Assembly: GCA_038874475.1 (NCBI GenBank)
Contig: JAVZCJ010000004.1
Coordinates: 1 to 24,000 of the forward strand
Direction: 5' to 3'
Source of the DNA: Nitrososphaerota archaeon
GTDB lineage: Archaea; Thermoproteota; Nitrososphaeria_A; Caldarchaeales; JAVZCJ01
Length of the DNA: 24,000 nt
Made by a program: the position numbers and the translations under genes. Numbering within the stretch: the stretch's first letter is position 1; every line of letters begins with the position of its first letter. Shown here piece by piece: positions 16,597 to 24,000 of the stretch. The notes below the pieces were generated by a model. It saw nothing but the letters and a program-made list of their open reading frames with translations, was not told the DNA's origin and searched no databases.

Positions 16597-17934
16597 TTAT
16601 ATCTTCTTCTTTCCAAGAGGATAATATTTTGCCGCGATTAAGAATACAACTAAAGCTATTATTATTACAAGAGCTAAACCAATACGCATGTTCCATATTA
16701 CTTCACTAGGTTGTACTGCTCCAGGTACATATCCACTTAATCCAAAAATGAAGGCGGTACTTGCACCTGTAAGAGCTAAAGCAAATCTATCAATAAATGT
16801 ACGTGCACCATAGTATATTCCTTCTCTTCTTAAACCTGTTTTATTAGCATCTTCATCTATCACATCTGGTATTAAGAGCTCCCTAGTAATTTGCACACCA
16901 CTATTCACAGCACCAAAGAAAGCTGTTAATATAATAGCTTTTATTATGGAATCTGCCCAAAATGCAAGTACCAATAGTCCAGAAGCCATTAATATTGTAG
17001 AAAGAATTAATGTAAATCTAGAGCCATAGCGTATACAAATTTTTCTCCAAATTGGATAAAATAGTATTGGAAAAATTATCATTGGTGCACCTACAATTGT
17101 TATATCGCTAGTTTTTCCCCCAAGGAAATGTTGGACGATGAATGGTATCATTGCTTCAAGAACGCTCCATATCCAGCTTGTTGTTAAAATTAGAAAAGCT
17201 GCTGTTAAAAAAGACTTATTTGTAAAAGTAATTTTAAAATATTCTTTAATGGGAAGTTTAGATTCTACTGAAGTTACTTCTCTCTCTTTACTTCCAAGAA
17301 GAGATAATAGAAATGATATTCCACCCATTAAACTTACTACTATTCCTACAAAAGTCCATCCTTGAAAAGTACCGAAATTTTCTGTAAAATACGTTATCAA
17401 TTGAGGAGTAAGTATTATTGTTATTATGATGCCAATTGTTGCAAAAATTTGTCTATATACTGCAACTTCACTTCTATCTGTAATATCTCTATACATTTCA
17501 GGAAATAACGCATTCCATCCTACATCAACAAGAGTATAAACAAATTCGAAAATAAAAATAACAATAATAAAGAATGTGAAAATACAAGGATCGAAAGGAT
17601 TGGATAAAGGCTTTCCACCAACTGGAGGAGACCATATCATTATGAATAACAAAATCATTATTGGTGAAAATATAGAAACATAAGGTATTCTTCTTCCCCA
17701 TCTAGTCCTTGTTTTATCAGAAATATATCCTGCAATTACATCATTTATTGCATTCCAAACACCATAAGTTGCCATAAATCCTATTCCAATTAAAACTGGA
17801 TCAAGAAGAACGATTTCGCTATAAAAATATATTAAATATGTTCCTATAATAGCAAATATTAAAGATTCTCCAAAAGCACCTGCTCCATATACTATTTTTC
17901 CAGTTTTTCCACTAAATCTACCTATAATAGGCAA
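16597..17934 (-). CDS. GPH-family (glycoside-pentoside-hexuronide:cation symporter, MelB/YicJ-like) MFS transporter
   Basis: 445 aa with about 12 TM helices. The family motif is NAINDVIAGYISDKTRTRWGRRIPY. The start is TTG with GGTGAT 5 nt upstream, 15 nt after the stop of the methyltransferase gene. Confidence 0.75.
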   Translation of the reverse strand: MPIIGRFSGKTGKIVYGAGAFGESLIFAIIGTYLIYFYSEIVLLDPVLIGIGFMATYGVWNAINDVIAGYISDKTRTRWGRRIPYVSIFSPIMILLFIMIWSPPVGGKPLSNPFDPCIFTFFIIVIFIFEFVYTLVDVGWNALFPEMYRDITDRSEVAVYRQIFATIGIIITIILTPQLITYFTENFGTFQGWTFVGIVVSLMGGISFLLSLLGSKEREVTSVESKLPIKEYFKITFTNKSFLTAAFLILTTSWIWSVLEAMIPFIVQHFLGGKTSDITIVGAPMIIFPILFYPIWRKICIRYGSRFTLILSTILMASGLLVLAFWADSIIKAIILTAFFGAVNSGVQITRELLIPDVIDEDANKTGLRREGIYYGARTFIDRFALALTGASTAFIFGLSGYVPGAVQPSEVIWNMRIGLALVIIIALVVFLIAAKYYPLGKKKI

Positions 17935-17949
17935 ATAACATCACCTTCT

Positions 17950-19077
17950 TCATTTATACCTTCCATATTTATCTCTTACTTCAGAAATTTTAAGTAAATT
18001 TTCTTCTGGAGTATTTGGACTCAATCCACATCCAGGGCCAAGCGCAAAAGATATGCAATTTTTTCCTAATTCTATTGAATTTTTTACCATTAATTCAACA
18101 TCTTTGGGCGTACCAGAGAAAAGTGGTCCAAGATGATCAATTCCAGCACAAAGTGGAATTTTATCACCAAATTTTTCAACAGCTTTTTCTAATGGATAAG
18201 TTGATCCTGGAGCATAAAATTGCAATTCATTTATAAGTTTAGGTTTTCCAAATTTTTCATATATAAAATCTAAATCTGGATCCCAACTACAAACATGAGT
18301 TGTAATAGGAACATCTTTACCTATTCTTGATCTAACTTTATTTAAATATTCTAAATCTAATGCAGCTAACCATTCTCTTAAATCTGGGCTTAAAATAGAT
18401 TTATCATATCCACTAAATCCCATACAAAAATTTGTAAAATTGATTGCTTCTACCATTTTATATGCTACATCAACTGTCCATTCCATTAAAGGCCCTCTAA
18501 CTATTCTTGTTAAAGTAGGAAGTAAATCTGGAAATATCATAACATCTCTCATTACTTCGGTCATTCCAATCGTTAAAGCTAAAGTTGCAGCAGGTCCAAG
18601 TATTCCTTGTCTTAAAAGGACTTTATTCCCAATTTTTTCTGCAACAATCTTCCATGCTTCAAATATTGCTTCAGCTCTTTTACATTTTCTAGGATCAAAT
18701 TCTTCTATGTTTTTTTCAATCCTTTCTACTTTTTCAATAAATCTATCATAAATACTGTGATCTGGTTTATAACGCCATGGTTGAATCTTTGCTTGTACAA
18801 CATGATCTAAAATTTCAACTTCAGCACCCAATATTTCATACATAACCCATTGATCTGTATTCACACCTGTAATATCAACTCTAAATTTTTCAGCTACAGC
18901 TATATGCCCTCTTGCTATGGCTTTTCCATCATAAACATATTCTCTTAAACTTGGCACACCAGAATATTTCCAAGCTAAATAAACAGATTCTAACCATATT
19001 GGCATTTTATCTGGTTTTTCTCCATTCAGATAAGTTAAAGCTCTTTCGAGACCTGTAATTTCAACCATATTTTTCAC
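17950..19077 (-). CDS. URO-D superfamily methyltransferase, MtaA/MtbA/MtsA-like (methylcobamide-dependent, Zn-thiol type)
   Basis: 375 aa. It has the N-terminal LNGEKPDKMPIW pattern, the H-x-C motif (THVCS), and a distal Cys in LGPGCGLSPNTPEENL, consistent with the MT2 Zn ligand set. The start is either GTG 19077 or ATG 19068, and AAGGAGGT lies just upstream inside the corrinoid gene. Confidence 0.7.
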   Translation of the reverse strand: MKNMVEITGLERALTYLNGEKPDKMPIWLESVYLAWKYSGVPSLREYVYDGKAIARGHIAVAEKFRVDITGVNTDQWVMYEILGAEVEILDHVVQAKIQPWRYKPDHSIYDRFIEKVERIEKNIEEFDPRKCKRAEAIFEAWKIVAEKIGNKVLLRQGILGPAATLALTIGMTEVMRDVMIFPDLLPTLTRIVRGPLMEWTVDVAYKMVEAINFTNFCMGFSGYDKSILSPDLREWLAALDLEYLNKVRSRIGKDVPITTHVCSWDPDLDFIYEKFGKPKLINELQFYAPGSTYPLEKAVEKFGDKIPLCAGIDHLGPLFSGTPKDVELMVKNSIELGKNCISFALGPGCGLSPNTPEENLLKISEVRDKYGRYK

Positions 19078-19693
19078 GTACCTCCTTAACTAATTTATTT
19101 GCAATTTCTAAAGCAGTTTTAGGATCATGAGCCCAACCATCTAATTCAAATTTTTTAGCTACAAATGGATTACCTTGTACACCTCCTATTATAACCTTAA
19201 CTTTATCTCTTAAATTATTCTCTTTTAAGAATTTAATTATTTTCTCTATTTCAAATATTGCATTTGTTAAAAATACTGAAAGCCCAATTAAGTGAGGCTC
19301 GAATTCTTTTATGCCTTTTATAAAATCTTCCGCCATTAAATTTTCACCCAAATCTTTAACTTCAAAACCATCTGCTATATACAATACTTTTATAATATCT
19401 TTTCCTATGTAATGCATGGAGCCTAACGTCCCTATTAAAATTCTACCTTTATCCATTTTTTCAATTTTATCTTTTAGAATTTCATAACCCATGTAAAAAG
19501 ATGCCATTATTGCAGAAAGTTGTGGGAGTGCAAATTCTTTACCATATTTATCACATGCATCAAAAATTGCTTTTCTTAAGCTATTAAGAATTTCATTAGG
19601 ATCCGCCCCGATTGAAAGAAGATGTTTAATCTCTTTTTCTACTTCAAATGGTTTAAATTCCATGGCTAGTTTATATATCTTATTTTCCATCAT
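19061..19693 (-). CDS. Corrinoid (B12-binding) protein, MtaC/MtbC/MtsB-like, with an atypical S-x-H-x-x-G motif
   Basis: 210 aa. It has an N-terminal helical cap plus a Rossmann B12-binding domain: GSMHYIGKD (19403-19420), LSVFLT and IIGGV. It overlaps the downstream methyltransferase start. Confidence 0.75.
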   Translation of the reverse strand: MMENKIYKLAMEFKPFEVEKEIKHLLSIGADPNEILNSLRKAIFDACDKYGKEFALPQLSAIMASFYMGYEILKDKIEKMDKGRILIGTLGSMHYIGKDIIKVLYIADGFEVKDLGENLMAEDFIKGIKEFEPHLIGLSVFLTNAIFEIEKIIKFLKENNLRDKVKVIIGGVQGNPFVAKKFELDGWAHDPKTALEIANKLVKEVREKYG

Positions 19694-19812
19694 TATTACC
19701 TAAAAATTCTATTATCTAATAAGGATATTTAAACATTTTTATTATTTAATAAATTAAAACAGGAATTATAAATATATAAGTTAATTAAGGTAATAAATTT
19801 TTTTAAAAGTGT

Positions 19813-20916
19813 ATGGTTATGAATGGCCAAAAAGAATGGGAGAAAAATAATGAAAGATTCTTAGCAACTTTAAATCTCGAAGAAAGTGATAGAGTTCCAA
19901 TTATGGATATAGTAAATAATGAAAAAATTAGAAAAATTGTTGAAACAAAAGATCCTCTTGAAACAAATGCAAGAGCATACAGATATTTAGGTATAGACAT
20001 AACTAGAGATTATTGGTGGCTTACAGATTTCATGTGGTTTAAAAATAAGTTTTTTGAATGGATGGATGTTTTAGGAATTGAAAAAGAAGGATGGGCTATT
20101 AAAACAAAAGCAGGAACTACATGGATTGATAAAAGACCCTTTAAAAATTTAGAAGAACTTAGTAATAAACTTCCTCCAGAACCAGATGAAAGTAAAATAG
20201 CAGAATGGTTTATTCCATATCATAAAAAAACTATTGAAGGATATAAGAAGCATGGCATAGTATTTGTAGGAAATTTTGAAGGCCCATTAACTGAAGCTTA
20301 TATGTTTACAGGTTATGATTTATTCTTTCAAGCCATGTTTATGGCGAAGAGTATAGTAAATAAACTTTTAGATATTTTTGAAAAATGGATAATAATTAGA
20401 CTTAAGCTTTGGGTAGAAGAAAATATGGGCGATGTAGTATTCTTAGGAGAAGATATAGCTTTTGATAAAGGGTTAATGTTCTCTCCTAAATGGCTTAATG
20501 AAAATTGGTTTCCAAGAATTAAACGTATAAGAGACTTTCTTTTTAGTAAAAATATAAAGATGATATTTCATAGTGATGGAAACCTTTATCCAATTTTAGA
20601 TACATTGGTTTTTGACCTAAAAATAGATGCATTGCACCCAATAGATCCAACAGCAGGAATGAAAATAGATGAAGTTAAAGAAAAATATGGAAATCATATT
20701 GCCTTAATTGGTTATATAGATTGTAGTCATCTCTTACCATTTGGAACAACAAAAGAAATAGTTGAAAAAGTAAAAGAAACATTATCTATAGCTGCTCCAG
20801 GCAGTGGTTATATTTTAGGGTCAAGTAGTGAAATACATGATGCTATATCTATAGAGAATGCAAAAGCTTTATATGAAACAGGAAGAAAATATGGTAAATA
20901 TCCAATTAAAAGGTGA
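19813..20916 (+). CDS. URO-D superfamily methyltransferase-like protein lacking the Cys-based Zn site
   Basis: 367 aa. It has the N-terminal FLATLNLEESDRVPIMD pattern and a C-terminal IFHSDGNLYPILD...IDALHPIDP...GYILGSSSEIHD fold pattern of PF01208-type proteins. The whole protein contains a single Cys. Confidence 0.65.
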   Translation: MVMNGQKEWEKNNERFLATLNLEESDRVPIMDIVNNEKIRKIVETKDPLETNARAYRYLGIDITRDYWWLTDFMWFKNKFFEWMDVLGIEKEGWAIKTKAGTTWIDKRPFKNLEELSNKLPPEPDESKIAEWFIPYHKKTIEGYKKHGIVFVGNFEGPLTEAYMFTGYDLFFQAMFMAKSIVNKLLDIFEKWIIIRLKLWVEENMGDVVFLGEDIAFDKGLMFSPKWLNENWFPRIKRIRDFLFSKNIKMIFHSDGNLYPILDTLVFDLKIDALHPIDPTAGMKIDEVKEKYGNHIALIGYIDCSHLLPFGTTKEIVEKVKETLSIAAPGSGYILGSSSEIHDAISIENAKALYETGRKYGKYPIKR

Positions 20917-20923
20917 GCGCATA

Positions 20924-21571
20924 GTGCAAAATGATATATTAAAAGAAATACAAGAAGCTTTATTATCAATGGACATAGAAAAAACTTTACTATTAACTAG
21001 AAGAGCTTTAGAGCAAGGATTGAATCCTATAAAAATAATAGAAGATGGGCTTTCAAATGGTATAAGAAAATTAGGAAATATGTATGAAAATGGAGAAGCT
21101 TTTTTGCCAGAACTTGTTATGGGTGCTGAAATTATGAAAAGAGCTGTAGAAATCGTTAAACCTGAATTGGAAAAAAGAAAGGAAGAAAGAAAAAAGCTTG
21201 GAAAAGTTATGCTAGCTACAGTTGAAGGAGATGTACATGATATAGGAAAAAATTTGGTGTCTCTTATGCTTTGGATTAATGGATTTGAAATAATAGATTT
21301 GGGTGTGGATGTCCCAGTAAGAGAAATAATTAAAAAGATTAAAGAATTAAAACCTGATGTTTTAGGTTTATCGGCACTTCTTACAACTACATTATTAGAA
21401 CAGAAAAGAGTTTTAGAAGAATTAGAAAAAGCTGGGTTAAGAAAAAATGTAAAAGTAATTGTAGGAGGAGCACCTGTTACTGAAGAATGGGCTAAAAAAA
21501 TAGGAGCAGATAGTTATGCTCCAGATGCTGTTAAAGCTGTAGATAAAGTAAAAGAGCTTTTAAAATCATAA
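20924..21571 (+). CDS. Corrinoid (B12-binding) protein, canonical MtaC/MtbC/MtmC type
   Basis: It has canonical GDVHDIGKN (from 21230), LSALLTT and VGGAP motifs. I prefer the GTG at 20924 as start, because AGGTGA at 20911-20916 overlaps the upstream stop. The track start at 20858 would overlap the upstream gene by 59 nt. Confidence 0.85.
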   Translation: MQNDILKEIQEALLSMDIEKTLLLTRRALEQGLNPIKIIEDGLSNGIRKLGNMYENGEAFLPELVMGAEIMKRAVEIVKPELEKRKEERKKLGKVMLATVEGDVHDIGKNLVSLMLWINGFEIIDLGVDVPVREIIKKIKELKPDVLGLSALLTTTLLEQKRVLEELEKAGLRKNVKVIVGGAPVTEEWAKKIGADSYAPDAVKAVDKVKELLKS

Positions 21572-21575
21572 ATTT

Positions 21576-21953
21576 TTATTCTTCTTCGTCAACATGTGCT
21601 TTTCCAAAGTATTTTTCAATAGGATATTTTTCTTCATTCTTCTTAATTTTATTTAAAACAGCTTTCGTAATATCTATTTTTGCATTTTCACTCATACTTA
21701 GCAAATAAATAATTATATCTGCAATCTCTTCTGAAATTCTTATTTTAAATTTTTCATTTTCCATTAATTTTTCTATTTCTTCACTATTTCTCCATTGAAA
21801 TATTTCTAATAATTCTGCAGCTTCGATACAAATAGATTCCGCTAAATCTTTTAAATTATGGTATTTCTCCCAATCTCTTTTTTTAATAAAAACTTTAACT
21901 TCTTCTTTTAATTCATTAAGAGTTGTATTCATATCTTCTTTCATTTTTTTCAC
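21576..21953 (-). CDS. MazG-like nucleoside triphosphate pyrophosphohydrolase (all-alpha NTP-PPase, DCTPP1-like)
   Basis: 125 aa with EAAELLEIFQW and EEIADIIIYL acidic metal-binding helices. Confidence 0.7.
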   Translation of the reverse strand: MKKMKEDMNTTLNELKEEVKVFIKKRDWEKYHNLKDLAESICIEAAELLEIFQWRNSEEIEKLMENEKFKIRISEEIADIIIYLLSMSENAKIDITKAVLNKIKKNEEKYPIEKYFGKAHVDEEE

Positions 21954-22067
21954 TCTATTTTTATTGAATTTAATAAAAATCTTTCAATAAAAATAAATAA
22001 TAAAAAGTTTATTAATATGATGATTTTTTATAATACATTAGTGCTTTCTTTTGGAGGTAAAATATTT

Positions 22068-23549
22068 TTGAAATTTATTGGTAGAATAGCTGATGGTTCT
22101 ACAGAAACCTCTGCTAGAGTTATTTTATTAAAAAATTTAGAAAGGGAAATAACTGCTGAAAATCTTGTTCTTATTAAGAATGGTGGAGATGAAAAACCGT
22201 CAAATCAATTATTGGGCGTTCTTAGAGGTGGATTGGGTAAAAACGAATTTCTTAGTCATACATCTTATAGGCCTGATGTTGCATATATGAAATATGGTGG
22301 AGAACCATCTGGTGCTAGAGAAGTTTTTTCTTTCTTAATTAAACCAATAGGTGCTATTACTGAAAATGGAATAGAGCCAAATTTATCTATAATTCAACCA
22401 AGGTCTCCAGTATACCTTTTAGAAGAAAAAGATAATCCTTTTCAATTAATGGTAAAAGGAGAAGATATTATTTGGACAGATGCATACATAGAAGGACATG
22501 AATCTTGGAAAGTACCAATAAAGAAATTTTTTATTCCTTATCATGTAGGTGTTTATGGGAGTACTGGTAGCGGTAAATCTTGGTTTACACGTTATATACT
22601 TATACCATTATACATCAAATCTGGATATAAAGTACTTGTATTAGATTGGAGTGGTACTGACTATGCACCTTATTACCAAAATTCAGATAATGCTGAAGTT
22701 ATAAAAATTACTGATATAGCTTTAGATGAAGAATCGATTTTAAGTTATTTTGATGATAAAACTAATGGTTTTGGAAGGAATGAGAATGTTAAAGATGGTT
22801 TTGATTCATTTATTGAAGGATGGATTGAAAAAATAAAAAATGCTATTGAAATTTCAAAAAAAGAAGGAGGAGATCCTGCTGAAATTTTATATAAACAACT
22901 TAAGAAACAAGTTAATGAAACTATTTCTAGTATGAGAAGAGAAGATTGGAAAAGTTCTGCTGAAAGAGCTAATAAAAGAGTATTTAGAAGATTTAAACCT
23001 CAAGATTTAAAACCAATAATGGGAACAATAAGTATAGAAGAAGTTATAAAAAAATTTGAAAATAAAAATTTAATCATTATAGATATGGGGGGAATTTTAA
23101 CAGAGGCTAAACTTGGTTTTTTCCTTTCTCTCTCTAGATATCTTTATGGCTTAATGGAAATTGGAAAAAATTTAATGATAAGTTTAATAATGGATGAAGC
23201 TCCTCAATACGCTCCTTGGGACCCAAGAGGCATTCAAAGTGAAACAACTGAAATGATAAAAAATTTAGCTGCTTTAGGAAGGAAAAGAATGCTTAATTTA
23301 ACTCTTATAGCTCAAGGAATAAAAGGGGAAATTGGGATAAATGCAGCTGTAAGAAGAAATTTAAATACTCATTTCTTTGGAAGGATACATCCATTAGATG
23401 CTGGAGGGGAAGGTGGGGCTTCAGAATGGCTATCACCTTATGATATAACATCTGATCAATTGTTACAACTTAAACCTGGAAGATTCTATTTCTCAGGAGC
23501 TATGAATGTATCACCAGTTCCATTACTTATAACATATAAAATTGAGTGA
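22068..23549 (+). CDS. HerA-like (DUF87/FtsK-HerA superfamily) ATPase with an N-terminal HAS-barrel-like domain
   Basis: Walker A is GVYGSTGSGKSW and Walker B is LISLIMDEAPQY. The N-terminal beta-rich domain is FIGRIADGS...VLRGGLG. I prefer the TTG at 22068 as start because GGAGGT lies about 9 nt upstream. The track start is 22017. Confidence 0.75.
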   Translation: MKFIGRIADGSTETSARVILLKNLEREITAENLVLIKNGGDEKPSNQLLGVLRGGLGKNEFLSHTSYRPDVAYMKYGGEPSGAREVFSFLIKPIGAITENGIEPNLSIIQPRSPVYLLEEKDNPFQLMVKGEDIIWTDAYIEGHESWKVPIKKFFIPYHVGVYGSTGSGKSWFTRYILIPLYIKSGYKVLVLDWSGTDYAPYYQNSDNAEVIKITDIALDEESILSYFDDKTNGFGRNENVKDGFDSFIEGWIEKIKNAIEISKKEGGDPAEILYKQLKKQVNETISSMRREDWKSSAERANKRVFRRFKPQDLKPIMGTISIEEVIKKFENKNLIIIDMGGILTEAKLGFFLSLSRYLYGLMEIGKNLMISLIMDEAPQYAPWDPRGIQSETTEMIKNLAALGRKRMLNLTLIAQGIKGEIGINAAVRRNLNTHFFGRIHPLDAGGEGGASEWLSPYDITSDQLLQLKPGRFYFSGAMNVSPVPLLITYKIE

Positions 23550-23555
23550 GAACAA

Positions 23556-24000
23556 TGGCTGAAGAATTAATAGAATGGATTAAGCTTCCGCAAGATCTTC
23601 AGCATCGCTTCTTTGAATTAACTGAGCAAGAAGCAAATAGATTGGTAGAAGATATTCAAAAAATGGACCTGCAGCTTAAAGAATTAAGTAAAGAACTTAG
23701 ACCATACATTCATGAAATTCCAATATCAGATAAAACTTCAATTGTTGCTGCTATTGATGGTTCAAGATCTCCAAGATTAAGTGAAAGACTTGGAATAAGA
23801 TATGGTGTATTTTCAGTTGGTGCAATTTTTTTAAAAGGCATTGAGAAAAGGAAGGAAAATTTTAGAGCTGGTGTTTTTAAAAGAAAACAAGCACTGTCGC
23901 CAGATAAAAGTAAATTTTCTTTTGATTTATTATCAACTTATGCTGAAAGGAAAATGGCTTTAGAAGCTTTAGAAAATTGTGATTTGTTAATCTTAGATGG
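23556..24000 (+). CDS. NurA-like nuclease, N-terminal portion; runs off the right edge
   Basis: My own translation reads MAEELIEWIKLPQDL...SIVAAIDGSRSP...ERKMALEALENCDLLILDG, which shows the NurA catalytic pattern (A-x-DGS ... E ... L-x-LDG). It starts 6 nt after the HerA-like stop. Confidence 0.65.

Noticed and set aside
9858-18751. Remaining antisense ORFs (9858..10109, 13486..13926, 14865..15197, 17138..17365, 18015..18236, 18440..18751, 19803..20000)
   Set aside because: Each is nested opposite a gene with clear family motifs, and none has a motif of its own.
17950-20916. Possibility of pyrrolysine (in-frame UAG) methylamine methyltransferases in the corrinoid locus
   Set aside because: Both methyltransferase ORFs are uninterrupted and URO-D-fold rather than the MtmB, MtbB or MttB type. 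No in-frame amber codon is needed to explain them.
1-24000. CRISPR arrays, IS elements, integrases and rRNA
   Set aside because: I saw no regularly spaced direct repeats, no transposase or integrase-like ORFs, and no rRNA-like conserved GC-rich blocks beyond the three tRNA islands.

Overview
Strongly AT-rich archaeal chromosomal window (judged by eye, not computed). GC-rich tRNA islands point to a thermophile, and tRNA insertions at non-canonical positions are a trait best known from Thermoproteota/TACK-type archaea. Internal operon genes often use GGTG/GGAGG Shine-Dalgarno motifs with GTG or TTG starts. Gene order: a minus-strand leucine-type cluster (leuC, a cupin gene, leuD, leuB, then a LeuA/CimA-family synthase running off the left edge); an ECF-S-like membrane protein; a Thr/Ile-rich anchored surface protein; about 640 nt of non-coding AT-rich DNA; three tRNA genes (His with two apparent introns, Arg abutting the argS stop codon, and a Pro-like tRNA with a variable-loop insertion); argS; moaB; an ornithine cyclodeaminase/alanine dehydrogenase-family gene; a frameshifted CPBP protease; a fused DppB-DppC-type ABC permease with no partners; a VanZ-like gene; a CooC-type ATPase plus an (alpha/alpha)6 glycoside hydrolase. 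The most interesting part is a divergent locus of two corrinoid-protein/URO-D-type methyltransferase pairs, one co-operonic with a GPH-family transporter. It is followed by a MazG-like gene and a stand-alone HerA-like ATPase/NurA-like nuclease pair at the right edge. I saw no rRNA, CRISPR array, transposase or integrase. All functional calls rest on motifs recognised by eye in the supplied translations and in my own translations of edge ORFs. No database search was run.
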